Source: a virus
Direction: 5' to 3' (one strand)
IMG/VR virus record: IMGVR_UViG_3300021518_000002
DNA: 44,730 nucleotides
Both the position numbers and the translations under genes were made by a program. Below the pieces are notes generated by a model, which saw nothing but the letters and a program-made list of their open reading frames with translations, was not told the origin of the DNA and did not search any database. Of the stretch, positions 9,390-16,595 are shown piece by piece; positions within the stretch are counted from its first letter, which is position 1, and every line of letters starts with the position of its first letter.

Positions 9390-10148
9390 TTGTTGAAATT
9401 ATTAAGTCTATTCAGTGGAATAGGTGCATTTGAAAAGGCACTGAATAACTTGAAAGTAAAATATGACTTAGTAAATTATTGTGAGTTTGACAAGTATGCT
9501 TCCAAGGCATATTCACTAATTCATAATGTACCTGAATCAAAGAACCTTGGTGACATTACCAAAGTAGATGAAACATCCCTTCCTAAAGGTATTGATTTAA
9601 TAACATATGGTTTCCCATGTCAAGATATATCTTTAGCAGGTCATCAAAAAGGTTTATTTAATGAAGATGGTACGAAAACAAGAAGTGGTTTATTCTTTGA
9701 TGCATTAAGAATTATCACACACACACACACACAACCAAAGATTGCTATTGCGGAGAATGTGAAGAATCTTACCAGTAAGAGATTTGAAAAACAATTCAAT
9801 ATAGTTTTAGATTCATTAGATCAGGCGGGTTATAACAATTATTATCAAATTCTGAATGCCAAAGATTATGGAATCCCGCAAAACAGGGAAAGGGTTTTTA
9901 TCATATCCATTAGGAAAGATATTGATAATAATATGTTTGAATTCCCTACACCTTTTGAACTTAAAAAGACCTTGAAAGATATGTTGGAAGATGAAGTTGA
10001 TGAAAGCTATTTCTTATCAGATGAAAAAATTAACAAGATAAGGTATAGCAACTTCAATCAAGAGAAAACACTCATTCAAGGGGGAGGGGTTTGTCAAACA
10101 TTGTTAGCAAGAGATTATAAAGACCCCAAATGTGTTGAGGTACTGTAA
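9390..10148 (+). CDS. DNA (cytosine-5)-methyltransferase, N-terminal ORF (motifs I-VIII plus part of the target-recognition region)
   Basis: Motifs: LFSGIGAF (motif I), GFPCQDIS (motif IV), ENVKNL (motif VI), QNRERVFII (motif VIII). The ORF ends in the variable region. Confidence 0.85.
   Translation: MLKLLSLFSGIGAFEKALNNLKVKYDLVNYCEFDKYASKAYSLIHNVPESKNLGDITKVDETSLPKGIDLITYGFPCQDISLAGHQKGLFNEDGTKTRSGLFFDALRIITHTHTQPKIAIAENVKNLTSKRFEKQFNIVLDSLDQAGYNNYYQILNAKDYGIPQNRERVFIISIRKDIDNNMFEFPTPFELKKTLKDMLEDEVDESYFLSDEKINKIRYSNFNQEKTLIQGGGVCQTLLARDYKDPKCVEVL
9716..9733 (+). repeat. (CA)9 dinucleotide tract inside the methyltransferase ORF
   Basis: CACACACACACACACACA encodes THTHTQ in the loop between motifs IV and VI. 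Confidence 0.95.
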
Positions 10149-10636
10149 TGAATAAAGACAAGAGAATAATACAGGAAGCGAACTTAAATCATTATGGAAA
10201 TGACCAAATGAACCGTGTATATGGAGTTGAGGGTATATCACCAACAATTAAAACGGTAACCGGGGGAGGACGTGAGGTGAAAATATTAATTAGAGAAGCA
10301 ACCAAGCAAGGTTATGCGATAGCTGAAACGGGTGATTCTATCAATCTTGAACATCCAAATTCAAATACTAGAAGGGGTAGGGTTGGAAAATCTGTTGCGC
10401 AAACTGTCACTACTTCCCCACAACAGGCGGTTATATTGAAAAATAGAGTTAGAAAAATGACACCAAAAGAGTATTTAAGATTAATGGGATTTTCAGATTC
10501 AGATATTGATATTTTGAATGAAAATGGTATTTCTAAAACACAACTTTATAAACAAGCAGGAAATTCAATAGTAGTTGATGTACTGGAAGAAATATTTTGT
10601 CAGATTTTCGATCAAGATAATGAAATTTGGGTGTGA
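10148..10636 (+). CDS. DNA (cytosine-5)-methyltransferase, C-terminal ORF (target-recognition region plus motifs IX-X)
   Basis: The ATG overlaps the upstream TAA (TAATG). Motifs: GISPTIKTVTGGG, TPKEYLRLMGF (motif IX), AGNSIVV (motif X). This frame is closed upstream by the TGA at 10136. Confidence 0.8.
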   Translation: MNKDKRIIQEANLNHYGNDQMNRVYGVEGISPTIKTVTGGGREVKILIREATKQGYAIAETGDSINLEHPNSNTRRGRVGKSVAQTVTTSPQQAVILKNRVRKMTPKEYLRLMGFSDSDIDILNENGISKTQLYKQAGNSIVVDVLEEIFCQIFDQDNEIWV

Positions 10637-10649
10637 AGGGGTGAAATCA

Positions 10650-10928
10650 TTGCAAGATAAAATACAAAAACATCAAGAAATTTGCAAAATACTTAATGAT
10701 GTTTATGAAAGGAAAAATCATGATTACGGTGATTCCTTTGCAAAGTTAAGAAATGAAATTCCTAATGCAATCCTGGTTAGGGTGTATGACAAATATAGCA
10801 GGCTGAAAACCTTACTTGATGGTAAGGAACAGCTTGTTATGGAAGAAAGTATTGATGATACCCTAATGGATTTAGCAAATTACTGTATTATGGAATTAGT
10901 CGAAAGGAAGATTACAAATGGAAATTAA
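10650..10928 (+). CDS. DUF1599-like (nucleotide-modification-associated domain 1) protein
   Basis: KNHDYGDSF ... DKYSRLKTL ... DTLMDLANYCIM. The start was chosen as the TTG at 10650 behind GAAGGGGTGA; the exact start is uncertain. Confidence 0.55.
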   Translation: MQDKIQKHQEICKILNDVYERKNHDYGDSFAKLRNEIPNAILVRVYDKYSRLKTLLDGKEQLVMEESIDDTLMDLANYCIMELVERKITNGN

Positions 10929-11256
10929 TGAATACCAGGCTTTAGCATTAAGAACATCTAATAGTGAAATGTCAGAGGATTTAATACTTAATGGAATCCT
11001 TGGGTTATGTGGTGAAACTGGTGAAGTATCTGATCATGTTAAGAAATCATTATTCCAAGGTCATGAATTCGATAAAGAACAGGTCATTAATGAACTCGGT
11101 GATGTTTGTTGGTATGTTGCAATATTAGCGAAAGGTCTAGATGTTGACCTGGAAACAGTTATGCAGAAAAACATAGATAAATTAAAGGAAAGATACCCTG
11201 ATGGTTTCGCTGCTGATAAATCTATAAACCGAAAGGGTGACTTAAATAATGACTGA
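10918..11256 (+). CDS. MazG-like nucleoside triphosphate pyrophosphohydrolase
   Basis: YQALALRT..., GLCGETGEV, ELGDVCWYVA and KNIDKLKERYP are the characteristic MazG helices. Confidence 0.8.
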   Translation: MEINEYQALALRTSNSEMSEDLILNGILGLCGETGEVSDHVKKSLFQGHEFDKEQVINELGDVCWYVAILAKGLDVDLETVMQKNIDKLKERYPDGFAADKSINRKGDLNND

Positions 11257-11440
11257 ATCTGAAAAAATTCCTATGTTAACAGATGAAAGGTTCGACAAAA
11301 TTGAACAGTTCGCTGAACTTGTTAAACCAGTACAAAAATGGTTACTTGAAAACTATCATCCCCATTCTAAAGTAATAATTGAATCAACAGGTGCAACGGT
11401 GGTCACAGATGAAATGTATATTCCGTTGAAGGTGAAATAA
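11249..11440 (+). CDS. Hypothetical small protein
   Basis: Overlaps the MazG gene's 3' end in operon packing. No motif recognised. Confidence 0.5.
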   Translation: MTESEKIPMLTDERFDKIEQFAELVKPVQKWLLENYHPHSKVIIESTGATVVTDEMYIPLKVK

Positions 11441-11441
11441 A

Positions 11442-11558
11442 ATGTGGTACTTCTTATCTTTCATGGTAGGTGGAATATTCGGTGTAGTTATCATGTGTTT
11501 AATGTTTATAGCAAAGGAAAGTGATGAACGTTATGAAAGGGAGAAATCCAAAATTTAA
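11442..11558 (+). CDS. Small single-pass membrane protein (38 aa, DUF3789-like)
   Basis: Not in the ORF track because it is under 60 aa. GAAGGTGAAATAAA precedes the ATG. Translation MWYFLSFMVGGIFGVVIMCLMFIAKESDERYEREKSKI. Confidence 0.45.
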   Translation: MWYFLSFMVGGIFGVVIMCLMFIAKESDERYEREKSKI

Positions 11559-11754
11559 TGCAAGTGGTAGTCCTGATCCAACAGCTTATGAAGCGTTAAA
11601 ATCCATCACCAAAGAAGAAAACATCTTAGAAAAGAATATTCGTAAATTGATACAAGGAATTTATTTACTCGCTGAATTGATTGGGGTTGAAGTGAGTGGT
11701 TCAATTTCAATTAAAAGTAAGAAGTCAAACATTGTCATTAAAAGACGTTTTTGA
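11533..11754 (+). CDS. Hypothetical small protein
   Basis: The internal ATG (MKGRNPKF...) behind AAGGAAAGTGA is preferred over the track start at 11521. The SPDPTAYEAL motif is common in small Firmicutes phage proteins. Confidence 0.5.
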   Translation: MKGRNPKFNASGSPDPTAYEALKSITKEENILEKNIRKLIQGIYLLAELIGVEVSGSISIKSKKSNIVIKRRF

Positions 11755-11768
11755 AGGGGTGTCATTTC

Positions 11769-11948
11769 ATGAGAAAGCCTAAACAACGTCAAAAAGGTGA
11801 TTGTTTCCGCCCGGTTGTTCATGTGATTAAAGCTAAAAATGGAGTGCCAACAAGAATTGAATTTAATGGTCAAAACTATGCCTTGGTTCATGATAATCAT
11901 ATCAATGGACATAAGAACAAGGTCAAAAGGAAGGAATCTACTAAATGA
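11769..11948 (+). CDS. Hypothetical small basic protein
   Basis: ATG at 11769 behind GAAGGGGTG. Lys/Arg-rich at both ends. Confidence 0.45.
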   Translation: MRKPKQRQKGDCFRPVVHVIKAKNGVPTRIEFNGQNYALVHDNHINGHKNKVKRKESTK

Positions 11949-12226
11949 AACCAGTAAAAACAGAAACAAGCAATATTACTTTTGTCGGTGAAGGTTGTGA
12001 AGATTTACCTGGTACAAGATATTTATGTGAAGATGGTGTAACACCAGGAATTGAAACAGTTTGGGAATTAGATGAAAACGAAAAGAAACAGGTATTGGAA
12101 TCAGGTCGGATTTACTTATACATCATGGGAAGAACTGTTCAACCTTGTTTCCTTGCAACTGAATCAGCAGTAAGAATTGAAGAAGAAAAGGATGATGAAA
12201 ATGAAAACAACAGCACAACGAATTGA
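11945..12226 (+). CDS. Hypothetical protein
   Basis: ATGA overlap with the upstream gene; acidic C-terminal tail. Confidence 0.55.
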   Translation: MKPVKTETSNITFVGEGCEDLPGTRYLCEDGVTPGIETVWELDENEKKQVLESGRIYLYIMGRTVQPCFLATESAVRIEEEKDDENENNSTTN

Positions 12227-12773
12227 AGAATTTTATGGTTTAATGCACCCTTACATCAGTAAAGAATTTTATCAGTGGTTAATTCAAAACGGTTTCTTTA
12301 CTGCTCCTGCTTCACGAAAATATCATGGTGATTATATCGGTGGTCTTTATGATCATAGTCATGCGGTTACTGAATCACTGGTTGAAATGACTGAAAAGTT
12401 TGGTCTTAAATGGCAAAATGAACGGTCACCTTATATTGTTGGAATGCTGCATGACCTTTGTAAAATTGACCAATATGTAAAGGTTGTTGATGTTGAAGGT
12501 GTTCACTACTTTGGAATGGATGAACCACAGGGTGAAGAATTCCACTTTGAATATAGTAAAGATATTGTGATTCCTGGTCATGGTGACAAATCGGTGATGA
12601 TGCTTTCCCAACATATGCAATTAACAGAAGAAGAAATCCTTTGTGTTCGTTACCACATGGGTTCTTATGAAACAAAGGATTGGGAATTTTATGACAAGGC
12701 AATTAAGAAATATCAAACAGTTCTGTTCACTCATACTGCTGATATGCATGCATCCAAAGTGAAAGGAATCTGA
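12201..12773 (+). CDS. HD-domain phosphohydrolase
   Basis: KYHGDY...LYDHSHAV ... MLHDLCK ... GHGDKS is an H..HD..D metal-binding pattern. The start is uncertain (12177-12201). Confidence 0.7.
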   Translation: MKTTAQRIEEFYGLMHPYISKEFYQWLIQNGFFTAPASRKYHGDYIGGLYDHSHAVTESLVEMTEKFGLKWQNERSPYIVGMLHDLCKIDQYVKVVDVEGVHYFGMDEPQGEEFHFEYSKDIVIPGHGDKSVMMLSQHMQLTEEEILCVRYHMGSYETKDWEFYDKAIKKYQTVLFTHTADMHASKVKGI

Positions 12774-12778
12774 TGTAA

Positions 12779-12976
12779 ATGGAACAATATATTATTGTTA
12801 CCAGTCTTATATTCCTTATATTTTTAATTGGGTTTGGACTTGGAAGAATATCAATGTTCAAAGCACTGGTTAATTTAAGAAAAGAATTTGATGAATTAAG
12901 AAAAGAGATCCTTATATTCAAACATAATATTCCCACGAAAAAAGGAAGAATCTTCATCAAAGATGATGATAAATAA
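12779..12976 (+). CDS. Small membrane protein (N-terminal TM helix plus charged tail)
   Basis: IIVTSLIFLIFLIGFGLG is a hydrophobic helix. Last gene of the early/middle operon. Confidence 0.5.
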   Translation: MEQYIIVTSLIFLIFLIGFGLGRISMFKALVNLRKEFDELRKEILIFKHNIPTKKGRIFIKDDDK

Positions 12977-13018
12977 AAATCCGCTTCCCCAACCTGTTCA
13001 GCAGTAGTGGTGGGAAAC

Positions 13019-13300
13019 GGTGTTCAAGGTATGTTCATGATTGTTCATGGTGAATAAGTGACAACTTGAACGGTAACAAACACTTATAAACATTGGTTTC
13101 ATTCGTTATCTGTTCAAGTTGTTCAAGATTAATATAATTTATTATATAGATTAGTAAATTCATATATTAGTAATTTAATAAAAAAATATACTCTAAAAAT
13201 AAGTATATAGAGAATAAAATGCGGAACGTTGAACACTTTTCCTTCAAACCCTTGATACGACTAGTTTTAAAGGTGTTCCACTTAGTGTTCATGTTCAAGA
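13019..13300 (+). promoter_or_regulatory. Non-coding module A: cluster of TGTTCAAG/CTTGAACA boxes around an AT-rich core, upstream of the late regulator gene
   Basis: Perfect boxes at 13021, 13111, 13120 and 13292, with a reverse-oriented CTTGAAC at 13065. Variants (TGTTCAT, GTTGAAC, TGTTCCA) at 13032, 13042, 13228, 13274 and 13286. A 27-nt core at 13187-13213 recurs inverted at 38661-38689. Confidence 0.7.
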
Positions 13301-13358
13301 TGAAGTTCCGCATTTTAGATACATATGTATTTATTTTTATAGAAAGGTAGGTCTTTTC

Positions 13359-13940
13359 ATGAAAAATAATACAAGTGTAATAGAAAAATATATTGAAGAT
13401 ACAGCAAATTTAACTTCAAGTCTGACTGCTAGTTTAACTGCTAAAGAAGTAGTTTCAGAGTTAAAAAGACAAGGATTGTTGAAGGATAATAAACAAACAC
13501 CTTTTCAGAAAACAGAAGTGCTGCTTTATAATTACACGAATTTCAAAGCTGCCATTGTCGATAAACTCGAACAAATTAAAGATATTCAATCAGTAGGCCT
13601 GCAAACCAAATCGAAAAGTGTTACCACTTTTTCAGGTAGTATTAATTATGATACAAAATCAGATGATGAAAAAGTTGAAGAAAAGATTGAAGCCATTGAA
13701 CATAGCATTCAAACAACTAGGAATTATATTAAAGTCATTGAAGCTGCACTTGAAAGAATGAAAGATGATCCATACTTTGAAATTATCCCAATGAAATATT
13801 TTGACGGTAAGACCAGGGAACAAATCGCTGAACATTTTAATGTAGATGTGTCCACCATTAGCAGAAATAAAAACAGAATAATCAATCTATTACAAATTAG
13901 ATTGTTCAGTGATGAAGTGATTACTCAAATTTTCAGTTAA
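13359..13940 (+). CDS. Sigma-70 region-4-like / ArpU-RinA-type late transcription activator
   Basis: The C-terminus FDGKTREQIAEHFNVDVSTISRNKNRIINLLQ is a sigma region 4.2-type HTH. LLYNYTNFKAAI is typical of ArpU-like regulators. It lies immediately upstream of terS. Confidence 0.65.
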   Translation: MKNNTSVIEKYIEDTANLTSSLTASLTAKEVVSELKRQGLLKDNKQTPFQKTEVLLYNYTNFKAAIVDKLEQIKDIQSVGLQTKSKSVTTFSGSINYDTKSDDEKVEEKIEAIEHSIQTTRNYIKVIEAALERMKDDPYFEIIPMKYFDGKTREQIAEHFNVDVSTISRNKNRIINLLQIRLFSDEVITQIFS

Positions 13941-14038
13941 TTAATGCACTTTCCATGCAACATAGGCACTATTGATGTGCATTATATTAAATAGTAATCT
14001 GATAGCATAGATAAATTTAAATAGTGTATATTGAATTT

Positions 14039-14079
14039 GAGAATTCTAAGTCCACCTCCTACTTAGAATTCTCTTTTTC
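14039..14079 (+). terminator. Rho-independent terminator between the late regulator and terS
   Basis: GAGAATTCTAAGT (14039-14051) pairs with ACTTAGAATTCTC (14061-14073), followed by TTTTT. Confidence 0.7.
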
Positions 14080-14109
14080 TTTATATAAACTGAAAGGAAG
14101 GTGATGTGA

Positions 14110-14712
14110 ATGAGAAAACTAACTGATAAACAGGTACGGTTCATTGATGAATATCTGATTGACTTGAATGCAACCCAGGCTTATAAAAGAGCAGGTTATT
14201 CAGTCAAGAGTGATAATGCAGCAGGGGTTGAAGGATTGAAATTACTAAGAAACCCTAAGATTCAGGAAGAATTGAAGAAAAGACAAGATGACCTTCAAAA
14301 ACGAACCGAAATTACACAAGAAAACGTTTTGAAGGAACTTGCAAAGATTGCTTTCTCTAATGGTACTGACTTTGCTGAAATCGTGAATCGAACAGTAGTT
14401 GATCGTGAAACACACCTTCCAATCATTGATGAACATACAGGTGAACCACGAATTTATAAAGAAGTTGTTGTCAAAGCAACCAAAGATATTCCTGAAAATA
14501 AACGTGCTGCAATAGCTGCCATAAAAGAAAACAAATATGGTATTTCTGTTGAATCCTATGACAAAGTAAAAGCACTGGAATTGATAGGAAAGCATATTGG
14601 TATGTTTACAGATAAGCTTGAAGTTAAAGGGAACATCAATAACCCGTTTGAGGGGCTGACAACTGAACAGCTTCTTAGATTAGCAGGTGAAGATGATGAC
14701 CTTGATGAATAA
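14110..14712 (+). CDS. terS: Terminase small subunit
   Basis: LTDKQVRFIDEYLIDLNATQAYKRAGYS is the classic Terminase_2 N-terminal HTH. It lies directly upstream of terL. Confidence 0.9.
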   Translation: MRKLTDKQVRFIDEYLIDLNATQAYKRAGYSVKSDNAAGVEGLKLLRNPKIQEELKKRQDDLQKRTEITQENVLKELAKIAFSNGTDFAEIVNRTVVDRETHLPIIDEHTGEPRIYKEVVVKATKDIPENKRAAIAAIKENKYGISVESYDKVKALELIGKHIGMFTDKLEVKGNINNPFEGLTTEQLLRLAGEDDDLDE

Positions 14713-16102
14713 AGTTAAACTTGCAGCAAAGTGTGAACTTGCAAAAAGGGATTTCTTCTATTACTGCAATATAAAAGCACCAAAGTTTTATAAAAAGAAT
14801 CGGACATTCTTAAAAGACTTTTGTCATGATCTACAAGACTTTTATCAATCAGATGATGAAGTCTTAATTGTGAACATGCCCCCACGACATGGAAAATCAA
14901 GAACAGTTGGTTGTTTCGTTGAATGGGTTCTTGGTAATAATCAAGAAGAAAAGGTCATGACTGGTTCTTATAATGAAACCTTATCCACTTCTTTTTCAAA
15001 GAATGTGAGAAATACCATTCTTGAAGAAAAGGCTGATGAAGAAAAGGTTGTTTATTCTGATGTTTTTCCAGGTATCACAATTAAACGTGGTGATGGTGCT
15101 ATGAATATGTGGTCACTGGAAGGTGGTTACAATAATTATTTAGCAACTTCACCAACTGGAACTGCAACAGGGTTCGGTGCTTCAATCCTTATCATTGATG
15201 ACCTTATCAAATCAGCATTGGAAGCAAATAATGCTGATGTTCTTGAAAAGCATTGGGAATGGTTCACTAATACCATGCTTTCAAGGCTCGAAGAAGGTGG
15301 AAAAATCATCATTGTAATGACAAGGTGGCATAGTTCAGACCTGGCAGGTAGAGCATTAGAACATTACACTAATGCAGGTGCTAAATTAAGACATATTTCA
15401 TATAAGGCACTTCAAGATGATGGTTCAATGTTATGTGATGAAATATTATCAAAGAAATCCTATGATTCTAAAATAAAGGCAATGGGAATAGATATTGCTT
15501 CTGCAAACTATCAACAAGAACCTATTGACTTGAAGGGCAGACTTTACACTTCATTCAAGACATATGATAGATTACCAATGGACAAGAACGGTAATTTACT
15601 ATTCAGTGCAATCAAGAACTATACTGATACTGCTGATACAGGTAATGATTATCTATGCAGCATTGACTATGGTGTTTACCAAGGTGAAGCTTATGTATTG
15701 AATGTTTTATATACAAAAGAGGGAATGGAAATCACTGAACCTGCACAAGCAAAAATGATGCATGAAGATGGTGTCAATATAGCTGACATTGAATCCAATA
15801 ATGGTGGTCGAGGTTATTCAAGGAATGTGGAACGGATAACTAAAGAGAAATATAAGTCCAATAAGACTAAGTTCAATCCTTTCCATCAATCGAAAAATAA
15901 ATTATCAAGAATCCTTTCCAATTCAACTTGGGTTATGGATCACATTTATTTCCCTGTTAACTGGAAAGATAGATTCCCTGAATACTATGAAGCAATGACT
16001 AAGTATCAGAAGGAAGGTAAGAATTCACATGATGATGCACCTGATGCTACAACTGGAATCGCTGAAAAGATAAATGCAGGGGAAACATTTAGTTTTGATT
16101 AA
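14696..16102 (+). CDS. terL: Terminase large subunit
   Basis: MPPRHGKS (Walker A-like), LIIDDL (Walker B) and an acidic C-terminal nuclease region (HDDAPDA). Start candidates are 14693, 14696 and 14705, all overlapping the terS end. Confidence 0.9.
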   Translation: MTLMNKVKLAAKCELAKRDFFYYCNIKAPKFYKKNRTFLKDFCHDLQDFYQSDDEVLIVNMPPRHGKSRTVGCFVEWVLGNNQEEKVMTGSYNETLSTSFSKNVRNTILEEKADEEKVVYSDVFPGITIKRGDGAMNMWSLEGGYNNYLATSPTGTATGFGASILIIDDLIKSALEANNADVLEKHWEWFTNTMLSRLEEGGKIIIVMTRWHSSDLAGRALEHYTNAGAKLRHISYKALQDDGSMLCDEILSKKSYDSKIKAMGIDIASANYQQEPIDLKGRLYTSFKTYDRLPMDKNGNLLFSAIKNYTDTADTGNDYLCSIDYGVYQGEAYVLNVLYTKEGMEITEPAQAKMMHEDGVNIADIESNNGGRGYSRNVERITKEKYKSNKTKFNPFHQSKNKLSRILSNSTWVMDHIYFPVNWKDRFPEYYEAMTKYQKEGKNSHDDAPDATTGIAEKINAGETFSFD

Positions 16103-16120
16103 AAGAAAGAAGGTGACAAC

Positions 16121-16444
16121 ATGAAAAAGGTTGATGTTTTAGGCACTACATATATTGTCAAAGAAGATAATGATGTAAATGACCCTAAATTAAAGGAATG
16201 TGATGGGTATTGTGATGAAACAATTAAACTTTGTGTTGTCGCTGATCTAGTTCCTGATATTATGTCAAAAGCAAATCTTGATGAATATAAAAAGAAAGTG
16301 ACCAGGCATGAATTAGTTCATGCCTTTTTATTTGAAAGTGGTTTAACTGAAAATAGTTGGGCAGAGAATGAAGAAATAGTGGATTGGATTGCATCACAAT
16401 TTCCTAAAATGTTAAAAGCGTTTAAGGAAATAGGTGCTTTATAA
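16121..16444 (+). CDS. Small HExxH metallopeptidase-like protein (moron between terL and portal)
   Basis: RBS AGAAGGTGA. RHELVHAFLFESGL contains HExxH. A hairpin follows the gene. Confidence 0.6.
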   Translation: MKKVDVLGTTYIVKEDNDVNDPKLKECDGYCDETIKLCVVADLVPDIMSKANLDEYKKKVTRHELVHAFLFESGLTENSWAENEEIVDWIASQFPKMLKAFKEIGAL

Positions 16445-16456
16445 ATAAAAGAAAAA

Positions 16457-16482
16457 ACCTAGCAACTGCAATTGCTAGGTTT
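16457..16482 (+). terminator. Hairpin after the HExxH gene
   Basis: ACCTAGCAA (16457-16465) pairs with TTGCTAGGT (16472-16480), followed by TT; the T tract is weak. Confidence 0.45.
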
Positions 16483-16500
16483 AAACGAAATGCCACCATT

Positions 16501-16579
16501 TATTAAACGGTTTGCAATAATAATTCAATTAAAGTTATTATCTCATAATTTTAAGATAATAACAATAATCCGTTTAATA
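16501..16579 (+). other. Nested inverted repeats (potential structured RNA/DNA element) just upstream of the portal RBS
   Basis: Outer arms TATTAAACGG (16501-16510) / CCGTTTAATA (16570-16579). Inner arms GTTATTATCT (16534-16543) / AGATAATAAC (16554-16563). Confidence 0.6.
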
Positions 16580-16595
16580 GAAGGTGGTGAAACCA

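Noticed and set aside
9716-10148. Idea that the (CA)9 tract and the split at 10148 are two halves of one compensating frameshift
   Set aside because: Removing or adding a CA unit would put 9734-10148 into a different frame rather than joining ORF1 to ORF2, and the ORF2 frame is closed by the TGA at 10136. The two features are independent.
12977-13358. Search for tRNA, tmRNA or other canonical RNA genes in the larger intergenic gaps, also 13941-14109, 16445-16583, 19099-19277, 38574-38958 and 43478-43630
   Set aside because: No cloverleaf-compatible stems or conserved T-loop (GTTCGAATC-like) sequence was seen. The GTTCAAG boxes are too numerous and too AT-flanked to be T-arms.
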